A DNA stretch of 64,000 nucleotides, taken from Zygnema circumcarinatum SAG 698-1b (lineage: Eukaryota; Plantae; Zygnematophyceae). The notes under the pieces are model-generated. The model saw nothing but the letters and a program-made list of their open reading frames with translations, did not search any database and was not told where the DNA came from. The DNA is taken from assembly GCA_037447605.1 (NCBI GenBank), contig CM074805.1, positions 3,567,361 through 3,631,360 on the forward strand, read 5' to 3'. Numbering within the stretch: the first letter of the stretch is position 1; each line of letters begins with the position of its first letter. The position numbers were made by a program, and so were the translations under genes. Below are positions 13,101 through 22,800 of this stretch, piece after piece.

Positions 13101-14818
13101 TCTTGCCGTTCTCGCCAAACATTACCAATTAGCTCCTCTTTTTCCTTAAGCGACCTGTTCAGATGATGCTTCTCTTGCCGCAAACTTGCAATCGACTCTC
13201 CTTGCTCTTTCAGCGTTTTCTGTAATTTATTCTTCTCTTGCTGTATGAGGTCAGTCACCCCCTCCTCTTTCTTCAATAATCGGTTCAGGTCCTCTTTCTC
13301 TTGTCGTATGTTAGCAATCCTCTCATCCCTCTCCTTTAACATTCTAACGCAAATTTCTTTCTCTTGCCGTAGACGACCAATTGCTTCGTCCCTATCTTTC
13401 AATATAATGGTGACCTTCTCTTTCTCTCGGTGTATGGTAGTAACAGTCTCCACCTCCTTTTCCAGCCTTCTGTTCAAATCGACTCTCTCTTCCTGTAATG
13501 TTTGTATTGTTTCCTCTTTCTCTTGCAATAACCTTTTCGTTACTTCATTCTCCTTCAATACCTTAAGAACCTTTTCCTCTCCTTCTATACGAAGCACATT
13601 TGCTTCCTCTAACCTCCGTTGAAACTCTTTGCTTTCCTGCTCCCACTGTTTCCTTTCCTCCTGTAGCGCTCCCATCACTCTCCTTAACGAACCATCCCAT
13701 GTTTCTCTTTCTACCCGCCACGCGTTCTTCTCTGATTGCAGCACCTTGATCTCTGACTCCCTCTTTTCCTTTTCCCTTTCCCAAGCTTTTCTTTCTTCCA
13801 CCGAATTCGTCCTTCTTTCCACTGCATCCTCATTCTTCTCACTCACTGTGCTGTCCATTCCAACTCTGGCATCTCCCCTCCTTCCAACGCTCCAATTTTC
13901 ATGAACCAGTTTCAAACTTTCAAGCTCATCTAACAACTTTTGTTCTCTGGCTTTCAGCTCTATCCGTTCACGCCTCCAGTTCTCCTCCACTTCCTGTAAT
14001 CTGGTAGACCATTCCAAAGAGACCTCTGTAATAGCCTCTTCTTTCATTCTTTCCACATAGTCGTCGTCGTATCCAATCACAATTCTCCCACCTTCTTCCT
14101 CACTCCACTCTTCATCTACCTGCACCATGACTCTCTCTGCAACATCATTTCCAGCATCATCCATTTTTCCTCCAGCTTGGTTGAGATCCAGCTGCCCCCT
14201 TCCTTCCGCTACAGCCTCGGCCACCTCATCCCTTCCAACAAGGTTGCAATCATGAACCTCTCCTTCCCTGCATGGCGGTGTGGCTGTCCCTCCGTTTGGC
14301 GTCCGGTTGCCTGACTGGCTTTGAGCCGCTACCACAGCTGAAGATGGGAGCATTTCCCGACTGATCCTCTCTCCTCTCTGCCCTCGATCATCTACCACAC
14401 TTCGAGCAAGCCCATCATTCTGCCTCTGAAAGCCACCTTTACCATTGTTCGACTCAAGCATCCCGTAGCGGTCACGGCATGAACGAGCTGAGCGTTTCAC
14501 TAATCCGAGCTTACTTAGCTTATGCAATTGCTCAACTCCATGGATTTCCACAAACTGCATCAGTACAGAATCTTCTTCTGAAGACCACTTCCCCCGCTTT
14601 GAACGAGGCTCGGTTGGACTGACACTGTTTCGTCGAATCTTTGCATTTTCATGCTCTTGCCCTCCAGTCAATCTAACAGCTAAGTCGACAGAATTCTTAT
14701 CCGCAAGGCTTTTCTTGGCCTTCTCCTTTACCCAGTCATGAGGCAACATTCGCTCTGAAATTAATCCGTTTGGACTCTGAACTAGAGGGCGCCCCTGCTT
14801 CGGACTCCTATAATCCAT
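10163..14818 (-). CDS. Intronless 1551-aa protein: N-terminal single Myb/SANT repeat, ~1000-aa coiled coil, C-terminal Arg/Ser-rich decapeptide repeats
   Basis: Uninterrupted 4.65-kb ORF; aa 74-120 KRGKWSSEEDSVLMQFVEIHG...KRSARSCRDRY; E/K/Q/L heptad-rich middle; SRSRSQGRS(M/L)-type tail. Confidence 0.88.
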   Translation of the reverse strand: MDYRSPKQGRPLVQSPNGLISERMLPHDWVKEKAKKSLADKNSVDLAVRLTGGQEHENAKIRRNSVSPTEPRSKRGKWSSEEDSVLMQFVEIHGVEQLHKLSKLGLVKRSARSCRDRYGMLESNNGKGGFQRQNDGLARSVVDDRGQRGERISREMLPSSAVVAAQSQSGNRTPNGGTATPPCREGEVHDCNLVGRDEVAEAVAEGRGQLDLNQAGGKMDDAGNDVAERVMVQVDEEWSEEEGGRIVIGYDDDYVERMKEEAITEVSLEWSTRLQEVEENWRRERIELKAREQKLLDELESLKLVHENWSVGRRGDARVGMDSTVSEKNEDAVERRTNSVEERKAWEREKEKRESEIKVLQSEKNAWRVERETWDGSLRRVMGALQEERKQWEQESKEFQRRLEEANVLRIEGEEKVLKVLKENEVTKRLLQEKEETIQTLQEERVDLNRRLEKEVETVTTIHREKEKVTIILKDRDEAIGRLRQEKEICVRMLKERDERIANIRQEKEDLNRLLKKEEGVTDLIQQEKNKLQKTLKEQGESIASLRQEKHHLNRSLKEKEELIGNVWRERQERDNTIRVLKEKVDMADAVRQEQEQDKLNLIKFVKDKEETINSLMRELQGNGESKVMLREKEKHISVLQQEVDRLVQLLKEGGEAVAAVQQKNGELSRQAAEMEKLATAKESENAIVLSRLENEKSKLLAAVEEANKLKAVVECQKKEADGKLKAALQRLSEVRGEEAKSATAMKENELKEKLAESQKEGQFWKEKAEAAMKRNEELSTSGNAEEQKWIERLLEQEELVKGLQEKLRAKGDLLEGAGGEANAQAKNGLDKAIIYKENAAGLKGKYGGLADGRGIPQAVGKCVKGKDGAPPPKDKAVEDLQRRLAQTEAELKKKMTEWLKYKELTRELDGEKVAAQMEAKKLRVELQNEQRSRERVMVRLRELEDTKAALKKRIGGRGSGWVSEEDFKEKEAAMKSMEEEFEREKERLTKSYNGMREKFLDRGRQMEELRKELEHALEEKQLPKQTCSSKENLPMVESEVAQLRATIESLEKTIDEQRKEMYILQEELHKRDRGGDEPKAEDERMVEAGSSDEGIVLKREELQHQPKQMEGGGGPGSQERAEERSMVGLGGAGGQATALNEECKGILAVHGVTGIGSHEKLLHLGQDEEEKQARQLTREASELLERMQLLEREVADLKLEIEVLQEEKAFAEKARIKAEQGEVEAKKNGRDVANEMRKKYDADVELLERRRLDLEDRYHHEKDVKKAAQTHAAEFRRENERLKEELDEERRLRRCGDRSYTGRSRRSRMPLRSPSHSSRSRYRSRSLSLTSSSSRRYGRITRSRSRSRSQGRAMSRSRSRSQGRSLSPSQSKGRSLSRSQSQVRSGRSLSCSQSRGRSMSHSKSRDRSMSRSPSQGRSLSRSCSQERSMSCSPPRVRSVSCSRSPRGSEDRAARSRHRSSSEKKRRSMSPSGEHSRSMKSDDPQELLLELRSCPQVGEAEVKTMGTQPADGLQEADLHLSLQLYSTRPAESGSARTRGWPLDSGEVRMNT
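10482..10795 (-). repeat. Coding minisatellite, ~30-bp unit x ~10 (RS decapeptide)
   Basis: Units such as GAGATCGTGAACAAGACACAGAACGCACCC and GAGATTTCGAATGTGACATAGAACGCCCCC on the + strand. Confidence 0.85.
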
Positions 14819-15325
14819 CTCAACTGAAACTGGTGATTGATCCTACTTCAAGTATCCCTAAACCAGGCATACTCGTTCAACTGGACGAGGATGCCCTTCT
14901 GTTCCTCCTCTACTCGGGGCTTGCATAGCTCCCATACGTATGCCCCTTTGTAAATATCGCTCTGCATCAGAAATATGCAGAATAACAAGCTTCTATGGCT
15001 CAATACTTGACGACGATCTGTACGTAGGTATACAAATCATTGAGTACGATTTTCCACCGTGAAATACAGAAGGTGTTGAGCGACTAATTATGAACATATA
15101 CTCGGCCCATACAACCAAGATCCCAGTCGCAACTCCTGCCATGTGAAAGACAACGAAAATAATGGAGGACTCACCTCTACCTCCATCTCTTCATCGAGCT
15201 TCAAAAACTGTGCTGAATTTAAACGCGCTGAGAAGCTGCAGCTCAGAGCGTAGTTCCCCAATTGAAAACCTGTTTTCATGCTCATGAATCAGGGGCGGGA
15301 CCGGCGCGGGCTGGGGGGGCTTGCA

Positions 15326-15423
15326 GTTTAGGGTTAGGGTTGGTTAGGGTTGGGAGTTAGGTTCGAGTTCGTTTTTAGGGTTTTAGGGTTTTTAGGGTTT
15401 TAGGGTTTTTAGGGTTTTTAGGG
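15326..15423 (+). repeat. Interstitial telomere-like array (mixed TTTTAGGG/TTTTTAGGG, degenerate TTAGGG at left)
   Basis: Six consecutive T4-5AGGG units at 15372-15423. Confidence 0.9.
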
Positions 15424-15440
15424 ACAGAGTGTGTTTTGCC

Positions 15441-15810
15441 TATAGCTCCGTATGTATCAAACGCGTTAATACACTGTATAATACATGCGTATTATACAAC
15501 ATTTAAAAATACAGTGTATTTTTAATGTATTTAACGTATTTTTTTTATTTTCGTGCTTAGTTGAACAAAGATTGATTATAATATTGAAATTCCAGCACTT
15601 GCCAAGTCACGTCACTTGCCAAACACTCAACACGTGTGACTTGGTCCGTACATGTTGGTACACCCCTTCCGTATATAATTTCCGTACGTATCTATGTTCC
15701 GATTGTACGGATGTTAACAGTTGCGTTAAGGTATTATACAGTGTATAATACAGTATTAATACTGTATTATACATTGTATCGAACCTCAGTGTGTATAATA
15801 CGGAGCTATA
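15441..15810. mobile_element. Non-autonomous TIR element (MITE-like), hAT- or Mutator-type
   Basis: Perfect 13-bp TIR TATAGCTCCGTAT (15441-15453) / ATACGGAGCTATA (15798-15810); flanking direct repeat GTTTTGCC (15433-15440 and 15812-15819); AT-rich interior with repeated GTATAATAC/GTATTATAC motifs. Confidence 0.75.
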
Positions 15811-17654
15811 AGTTTTGCCCCCCCTCAGATTTTGGAAAAGCTGCACAGGTCGGACTAGTGAGTGGATCGTCTAGCCAACCTTTTTGAACTTTTTTTTTGG
15901 AAGTGTTCAATGTTCAAATGAAAAGGTTTCATTTGAACTTTCTGAACACTCGAAATGAATAGTTTTTCAAATTGATCAAAATAAAACTTAGTTTAATTGT
16001 TCAAAGTCTTGATCTGTTTGCTTACACGTGCGGATTCCAGTTTTTGCGACATAGGATTCAGGCAATCTGGTGGATTTGTACGATTTTGGACGGTACGGAT
16101 ATCGTACGGCAATGAAAACGGGCAGAATTTGGACTCGCGAGGACCTGGGTCCACGCGCTTTTGCGATTTGCCAAAAAACCCATTGTTGATCGGTGGATGC
16201 GAAGTAAACTAGAATTGAAAGTAAGAAGAAAGGAAAAGAAGTGGCATTAATCTCACAATGGCGAGGCCATCATTAATGTACATGGACAAAAACATCATGG
16301 GGAACCACGAGGAACACAAGAAACGCAAGGCTTTACTTTGCATGAAATGCGTGACAGGCTAGCAACTTGAGAGAGAGAGAGAGAGAGAGGGCTACTGCTA
16401 TGTGATCACGTCTGCACATGGTTGTGTGACCCACACGTCCTGTTGGCCACAAGCATGCATGTTCTTCGGAGCTTTTCTTTGGTCTGGGATTTCTAAGTTA
16501 TCATTTCACGTTACAGCCCTTGCGATTCATTTGGATCGGTAGAACATTGAGTCACTGGCAGTCCTAGTCATATTTGAAAGATGTTCACACGCTTTCATCG
16601 AATTTCTCACCAGTAGAGCCGACTGAAGTCTGTTTCATTCCCAAGCTGCCCATGGCCAAAAATTACTTCAAGCAGACAAACGGGCATAGCCTAACAACAT
16701 CATTTAGACCTCACCGACAGTGCGAACTGCAAACAAGCTATAGTTTTGAAAGAAACTTCTGAAACTTGAAAACATGCAAGGCCCGCGTACCCGGATCATC
16801 TCGTAATGTCAATTTGCACACATAGCATTGCACAATATGCATCAGCCACCTAACCAATATCTAGTGCAGATAAACTCATATCTTTCAACAACATTTCAAG
16901 AACCAAATACCCTATGGTGCAAAAACTTAGTATAAATAATCAGGCAGAGAGAAAAGGTAATCAGAAAGCAGGAAGAGATCAAGATCAACACTATTGCATC
17001 TCCTCAGACTCCATGCGAGCCTTGTCTCCTTCACATTAGCTGCCAACGATTTCAAACAACATACAAAAAATCTCAACAATTTATTACTTCCGAAGAATAT
17101 TCCTCACTTCCGACTAATGTCTGTGTTACCGCTCACTCTCTATGAAGACCTCAAACATACTTGCAGCGTACAAGTGCCCCGTCCTACAAAGCCATACCGA
17201 TGGACCAAGAAGCCTGTTATTCCGTATGTACATGTCGTCGTTAAGTAACGATTCCGCATCAACCATTACCCTCAGAGTTTTGCAGAAGATCTTGAACCTT
17301 TTTGTCTGATTTCCGTTTCAGCGGCAGCTGCAACAGTGAATACAGTACAAAAAGCTCTTCACTCTCAAAACGATTCCAAAACGTGAGACGTCAGCCTGTA
17401 CAGACAATCTTGATGTCTAAGAAGCTGCCTCAACTGTACCCAAGCAGGATACGAGTTTTATTGAATCTTCGTTTGAACGTTCCCTTGAAATGTAACTACT
17501 CCTAAAAGTGCTCTTAGCTCCAATCAAATCCCGTTCTTGTTTAATTGACCGTCAATCATCCCTCCATTGCAATAGGATACTCTCCCCATTCTCGCTGATT
17601 TTTCGACACAAGTGCCTCAACAAGTGGTAGTTTGGAAGCAAACGTTGATGCAAA

Positions 17655-18836
17655 TCAATGCTCCTGTTTGTCTGTCATATTCATAACCAACTCTTCAAAA
17701 TACTGAATCCTCCTTGTGAGTTCGCTCACTTGTCCCTTAAGCTCGCTTCTCTCACACTCCCATGATCGAATTGTCTGTGTTAGTTTGGCTTCCAATTCAG
17801 CGGTCGTGCCAGCAACAGCCTTCTCTATTGTCTCCTGAACCCACGCATCTCCTGTTTTTGCAGCTGTTTCGTCAGCCAATGCATTCACAGTATGGCGATC
17901 AGAACCTTGACACTTTGTACACTTATCCTCCTGGAAGTCCTGCAACAACTGCAGCCTACCCCCTGCACCAGTTTCACTCTTGCTACTCTCCATGACAGCG
18001 CTGACCAAGGTTGCTCTCTCGTATTCTACAAGCTGCTTTCCAATGGCCACCACCTGCTCTTCACCCTCACCACTCATTCCACCTTCAGAATACTCTTCAC
18101 CATATTCCTCTGCAGCGGATATGTTGAATGAAATAGCGTTATTGAGGTCTGTCTCGCATAATTCACCAGCCTTTTGCACCTGCATGGAAAACCCTGACTC
18201 GGCACAATGTCCTCCCTCGGAGGTTGGCTCAGCAGAAATATCCTCCTTGCCCTCAGCCATGTCGTCATGGGTGTCGCTTTGAAGTCCGGATGATTTATTT
18301 GCAGTTGTTGAATCTTCCATTCCACAACGCCGTTGAAGCAATTGCGCTCTTCCTCGAAGTTGCATTGGAGTTCTACGATCAAAACGAGGGGAAAACTCCT
18401 TCCAGGAGCGACCGCGTTCTGCAATGAGCTGACGAAGCAAAGCGTCCTCCTTCTTGCTGAATGGAGCTCTATTTATCGAGGGGTCAAGGACTTCCTTCCA
18501 GCGAGCACGACAACTTGGACCAGTGCGATCAAGCATACGAAGCTTCTTCAAGAGTTGCCAGTCAAATCCATGGTTGTTCACAAATGAAACCAGAGCTTCG
18601 TCCTCCTCAGGAGTCCAGTCTCGTCGCAACCTTGGCTTGTCTTCGAGCTGTACTTTATCCAGAGTAATAGGAGTTGGCAATCCTGCAGTTCGTAAGCGTT
18701 TCTCAGTTGGTTCTTCGGCCATTTTACGGCGCTTATCGAAGCTTGATTTTCTGGATGTCTTCCCTGTATGCTCTGTTGCCGCGAATGAAATGCTCGTCCC
18801 ATGGCGGAAGCCATCCAACTGCGGCTTTCCCTGCAT
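17655..18836 (-). CDS. Intronless divergent R2R3-Myb protein with acidic linker and C-terminal coiled coil (393 aa)
   Basis: R2 RRDWTPEEDEALVSFVNNHGFDW...DRTGPSCRARWKEVLDPS; R3 INRAPFSKKEDALL...GRSWKEFSPRFDRRTPMQLRGRA. Confidence 0.88.
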   Translation of the reverse strand: MQGKPQLDGFRHGTSISFAATEHTGKTSRKSSFDKRRKMAEEPTEKRLRTAGLPTPITLDKVQLEDKPRLRRDWTPEEDEALVSFVNNHGFDWQLLKKLRMLDRTGPSCRARWKEVLDPSINRAPFSKKEDALLRQLIAERGRSWKEFSPRFDRRTPMQLRGRAQLLQRRCGMEDSTTANKSSGLQSDTHDDMAEGKEDISAEPTSEGGHCAESGFSMQVQKAGELCETDLNNAISFNISAAEEYGEEYSEGGMSGEGEEQVVAIGKQLVEYERATLVSAVMESSKSETGAGGRLQLLQDFQEDKCTKCQGSDRHTVNALADETAAKTGDAWVQETIEKAVAGTTAELEAKLTQTIRSWECERSELKGQVSELTRRIQYFEELVMNMTDKQEH

Positions 18837-19894
18837 TTCCGCAAATCTCCTCAGCCCTTATTGTCACTGCGATTTCACAGTTCTGACTTTCACTTTTCCA
18901 GAACCATCAGCAAGCTCAACCTGCAAACCTACACATTTCTTTGTCAATCAATGCACCAAGATAGACTGCCATCGTCCTCTACGATCGAAAGGCTTCAAGC
19001 AAAGCCAGCAAGAAACTCTGCCGAATGACACGCGATCCCACACCCCTGCTGCGCTCAAAATGCCTGTCTTGCCTACTTATTGTCGCAGAAATTTCAACTT
19101 GGCGGGAACTCGCCATCGCTGCACTCTCCAAGAAATTTAATTTTCGCCGCAGGCGGCCCTCAACCCCGAGCGCAGCTTCCCGGCGATAGAGAGCTGGCGG
19201 GCGTGAACGAGGCCAGCACATATCTTGACCTTTCGCGCCCTCCGCTTCTCCGTTTGCTTTAACGTTTACAATTCCTGGTATTTTTGAGCGAGTGGTTGTG
19301 CGGGAGCTGTGGTATGGTTTGAATTCTCGAGAGCGGACTGGATTCAGTGGTTGGTTGGAGACGCAGGATGGCTGCCGGCAGCCTCGTCATGGAGGATGGC
19401 CAGAGATGCTGATCGTATTCCTCTCTATGTTTTGAGCTTCAACTTCCTATGTCTCGTCCGCAAGGGTTCTTTACTCTCCTGCAGGTGCTGACCGACTTGT
19501 GACTAGTAATTCTGTTCAATTATTGTACAACCAAATCTTGCATGCGTCTCATACTGGATTCACTCTATTAGGGAGCAACCAGCTTGACTTCGAGGATATT
19601 CGTACGTGGCAGCACAAATGAACCAGCTGTTTCCGAATCACAGCAACAGAAGTGTTCCCAGGCTGTTAATTACAAATTAGGTCTTGTCGTATTGTTTTTT
19701 ACTTTCTTACTTTCCTCATTCGTACATATTCGATGTGCCTTCCCTGTTCTTCTCTAATCATCTGCCTCCATAATCTCCTGTACCTTCTTGACCTGATCAC
19801 GTACTTAGTGATCATTTTTTGCCCTTCAGTCAGCACAAAAACGTTTATTCTTGTAGTGGAGGAGCTTGTGACACCAAAAAAAGACCGCTACACA

Positions 19895-22800
19895 ATGGTG
19901 ATCAGATCAATGGCGGTAAGCTGTTTTTCTTGGAGGCCAAATCGCAAGCCCTGACTTGCAGCTTGTGTTTTCGTTTGAGAATTCTTTTCTTCCTCTGTTC
20001 GTGCTGCTGTCTCACAGAGACTTTTGAGTTGGCTTGGCGCTTACAGAAGGCCCTGTAATATAATGTCTCATTTGGATGCAAGTCATTGGTGATTTGCAGA
20101 TACCAAGGCTTGCGGCAGCTGCTGCCCAGTGCCTTTTCAGATCGAGTTGCCAGGGCAATCGCTTGCAACCTGTGGTAAGTACGTGGTTTGAGGGATTTCG
20201 GCATTTGAGTCATCTGTTATCCGCTTATGAATTGAAGTTCTCTAATCTTCACTTGATTCAATAAGAATGTGTCTGATGCAATCAATGAAATCCAGTTGTT
20301 CATGTTCCTCCCTCTTAGTTTTTTTTACAGGCATGTGGATTCTACAGCGAACTGCAGTAACCTATCACTGTACTCTATTTTTCATAACTTGCAATCAGGA
20401 CAAACTTTCTTTGGCTCAATTGCAGCAACTTTGTTTTGTTATGGGGCTAAAAGACGTGAAATCACTTTAGCTTCATGCCGCTCGCTTGCCGTTAGACTGG
20501 ATGCTTCGATAACATACTTAAGGGTCAGTTGTAACCTCACTGCCTCAGTCAACGGAAATGTCTATCTGTCTATTTCTGTGTTCTGATGAGCGTTAGCATA
20601 ACGGAAAATGGAGACAATATGTTCCTATCAGCTTTGGGTGTTCATTCGTGCTTTGTTTCTCCTTCCGTGCAGCTCTCTCCGCCTGCATTTTCTTGTCTCG
20701 CCCGTTCTCCTGCCATCAATATTCCTGAACAGAATCCCTCCACCCCGGGGCAGGAACAGTTGTTATCTTTTCCCCTTCTTTCTTATCATTTCAGTCGTTC
20801 GGTAGCTTCGAGTGCCATGCGTTCCACCAATATTTTGTCTGCCGACACAGCAGAGGTATCTGGCCCTACTTCTGTCGACTATGCACACCGAACTCCGGGA
20901 GGCCACCCGGTATGTTTTTGAATTTTCATCCCTTTCTTGTATTAATCTGTGGCTATTGCTTGTTCGACTAGCATGTGATAGCTGTGGTTTTGTTCCATAA
21001 AGTCGGTGCGCAGAGCAGCAGTCATGCTTGACCCGTTTCTTGGTGGGGAATGAGTATATTGTATGGATTAAAAAACATGTATGTTTACAGGAGAAAATGC
21101 AACTTACTACTTTCCACTTGGGGTCGCTGACAGTTAGGTGCGGTCGATCCTTTCTCCCTTGTCTCCGAGGAGCTAGCAATGCTGGGGGAGAAAATGCGGA
21201 AGATGGTTGTGACTGAGGTAACTCGTCCTACCTTGCTCATTGTTTATCAGATTAAGGACGAGTGCCAGGGAACAAATTTATGTCTTTAAACACCGTGATT
21301 TGCGATAGTCAACTTATACGCAGCAGCATTGTCACCATGTCACTATTGCTATCCCTTGCTTCGATTGTTCAGGTACCAAAGCTTGCCACTGCAGCTGAGT
21401 ACTTCTTCAGAGTCGGTGCACAGGGGAAGCGCTTCCGCCCTGCAGTAAGTGCAAAATCCTTACATACCTACGTTCATTGGTCTGAATTGTACTGATCATT
21501 TGTATGCAGTGGATGTGTGTGAGTAATCGACAGATTATGTTGGTGCTCTCTCTCGTGTTGATGAATGCCCATATCAAGGCAAGCCCGTTTCCCGCCGAAG
21601 GCCTCTAGGTTGGTTGTGCTGCTCGCATTTAAGCTCATGTTCAATGGTTTGTATGGCCGAGCTTGTTTGCAGGTACTTCTCTTGATGGCCTCGTCCCTTA
21701 CAGGATGCTCTCACGATACATCACAGGGGCATTCAGGGACTGAACTCCGGCAACGCCAGCAGCGCCTTGCAGAAATCACAGAGATGATACATGTGAGCTT
21801 GCAAACAGCCTGAGCCATGGTTGATACATGGAAGCTGACGAAGTGCTTTCGTGTGCTTAAGAGTATACTAACGAATGACACAAGCTTCATATTGGCAACT
21901 TTGTATGTCTATCTTTGTCTTGTGTCCTCTGTGTGAGCCTCTAGAATTCAACTTACCTTGCCAGATCTCCTCTGCAGTCTGGCATCTTTTACAGCTATGT
22001 TGTACCTATGAGATTAGCATGCGCCAATACAATTTTGGTATGTCTTGATGGCTTCAAACCTTCATAGAAAGGTGGAACTGCTAGAAATCCATCTATTAAG
22101 TGCTAAGGTTAAAAGAGACAACTCGCTCATTCAGAGAAGCTAGCTTTATCTGCTGCCTTAGGTGTCTATGCCTGAAGCTGATGCATTGAGCAAAATTTGT
22201 TCTGTTTGATAACTTGGCAGAATTCAAGACGACGATGAGCTAGCTTTCTGATTCTTTTCTAAATCTAGACTGCGTGATGAACTCCTGTTTTACAGGTGGC
22301 CAGTCTCTTGCACGATGATGTGTTGGATCACGCAGATACGCGCAGGGGTGTGGGCTCTCTCAACTTCGTTATGGGAAACAAGGTGAACGCTTGTTCATAC
22401 CAGGCATTTACCATTTGTTGAGGTACTATCTGGAACGTCATTGTTAGCGGGAGTTTGAAATATTGCAAAAGATATAGTCAGTTATTTATTGGAAAAATCC
22501 GAAGATTCGTCAATTTCAAGGTTGCCCTTCATGGTCTGGACATATAGCTCATTATTTTTCCACTTCCTCACGATGGTTGTCACTCATTGATCAGAGCATT
22601 GCCAGCATCTGAAAGTCTTGGGCTGCGGCCTGACTGAGCTGACAGGGTCAACACGTGGCGGGGTAACGTACCAGCTGGCAGTCCTGGCTGGAGACTTCTT
22701 ATTGGCGCGTGCCTCCGTCGCCCTTGCATCTCTGCGCAACACCGAGGTGGGCGTGTGACGGTTCGAATTTCCTTTCATTGTTTAATCTTAAGGATAGTGC

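Noticed and set aside
10381-13904. Many Ser/Phe-rich antisense and alternate-frame ORFs
   Set aside because: Shadows of the GAA/GAG-rich coiled-coil coding strand
14459-15423. Myb protein as a TRF/TRB telomere-binding factor because telomeric repeats are adjacent
   Set aside because: It lacks the telobox LKDKWRN signature; the repeat is R2-like (RSCRDRY)
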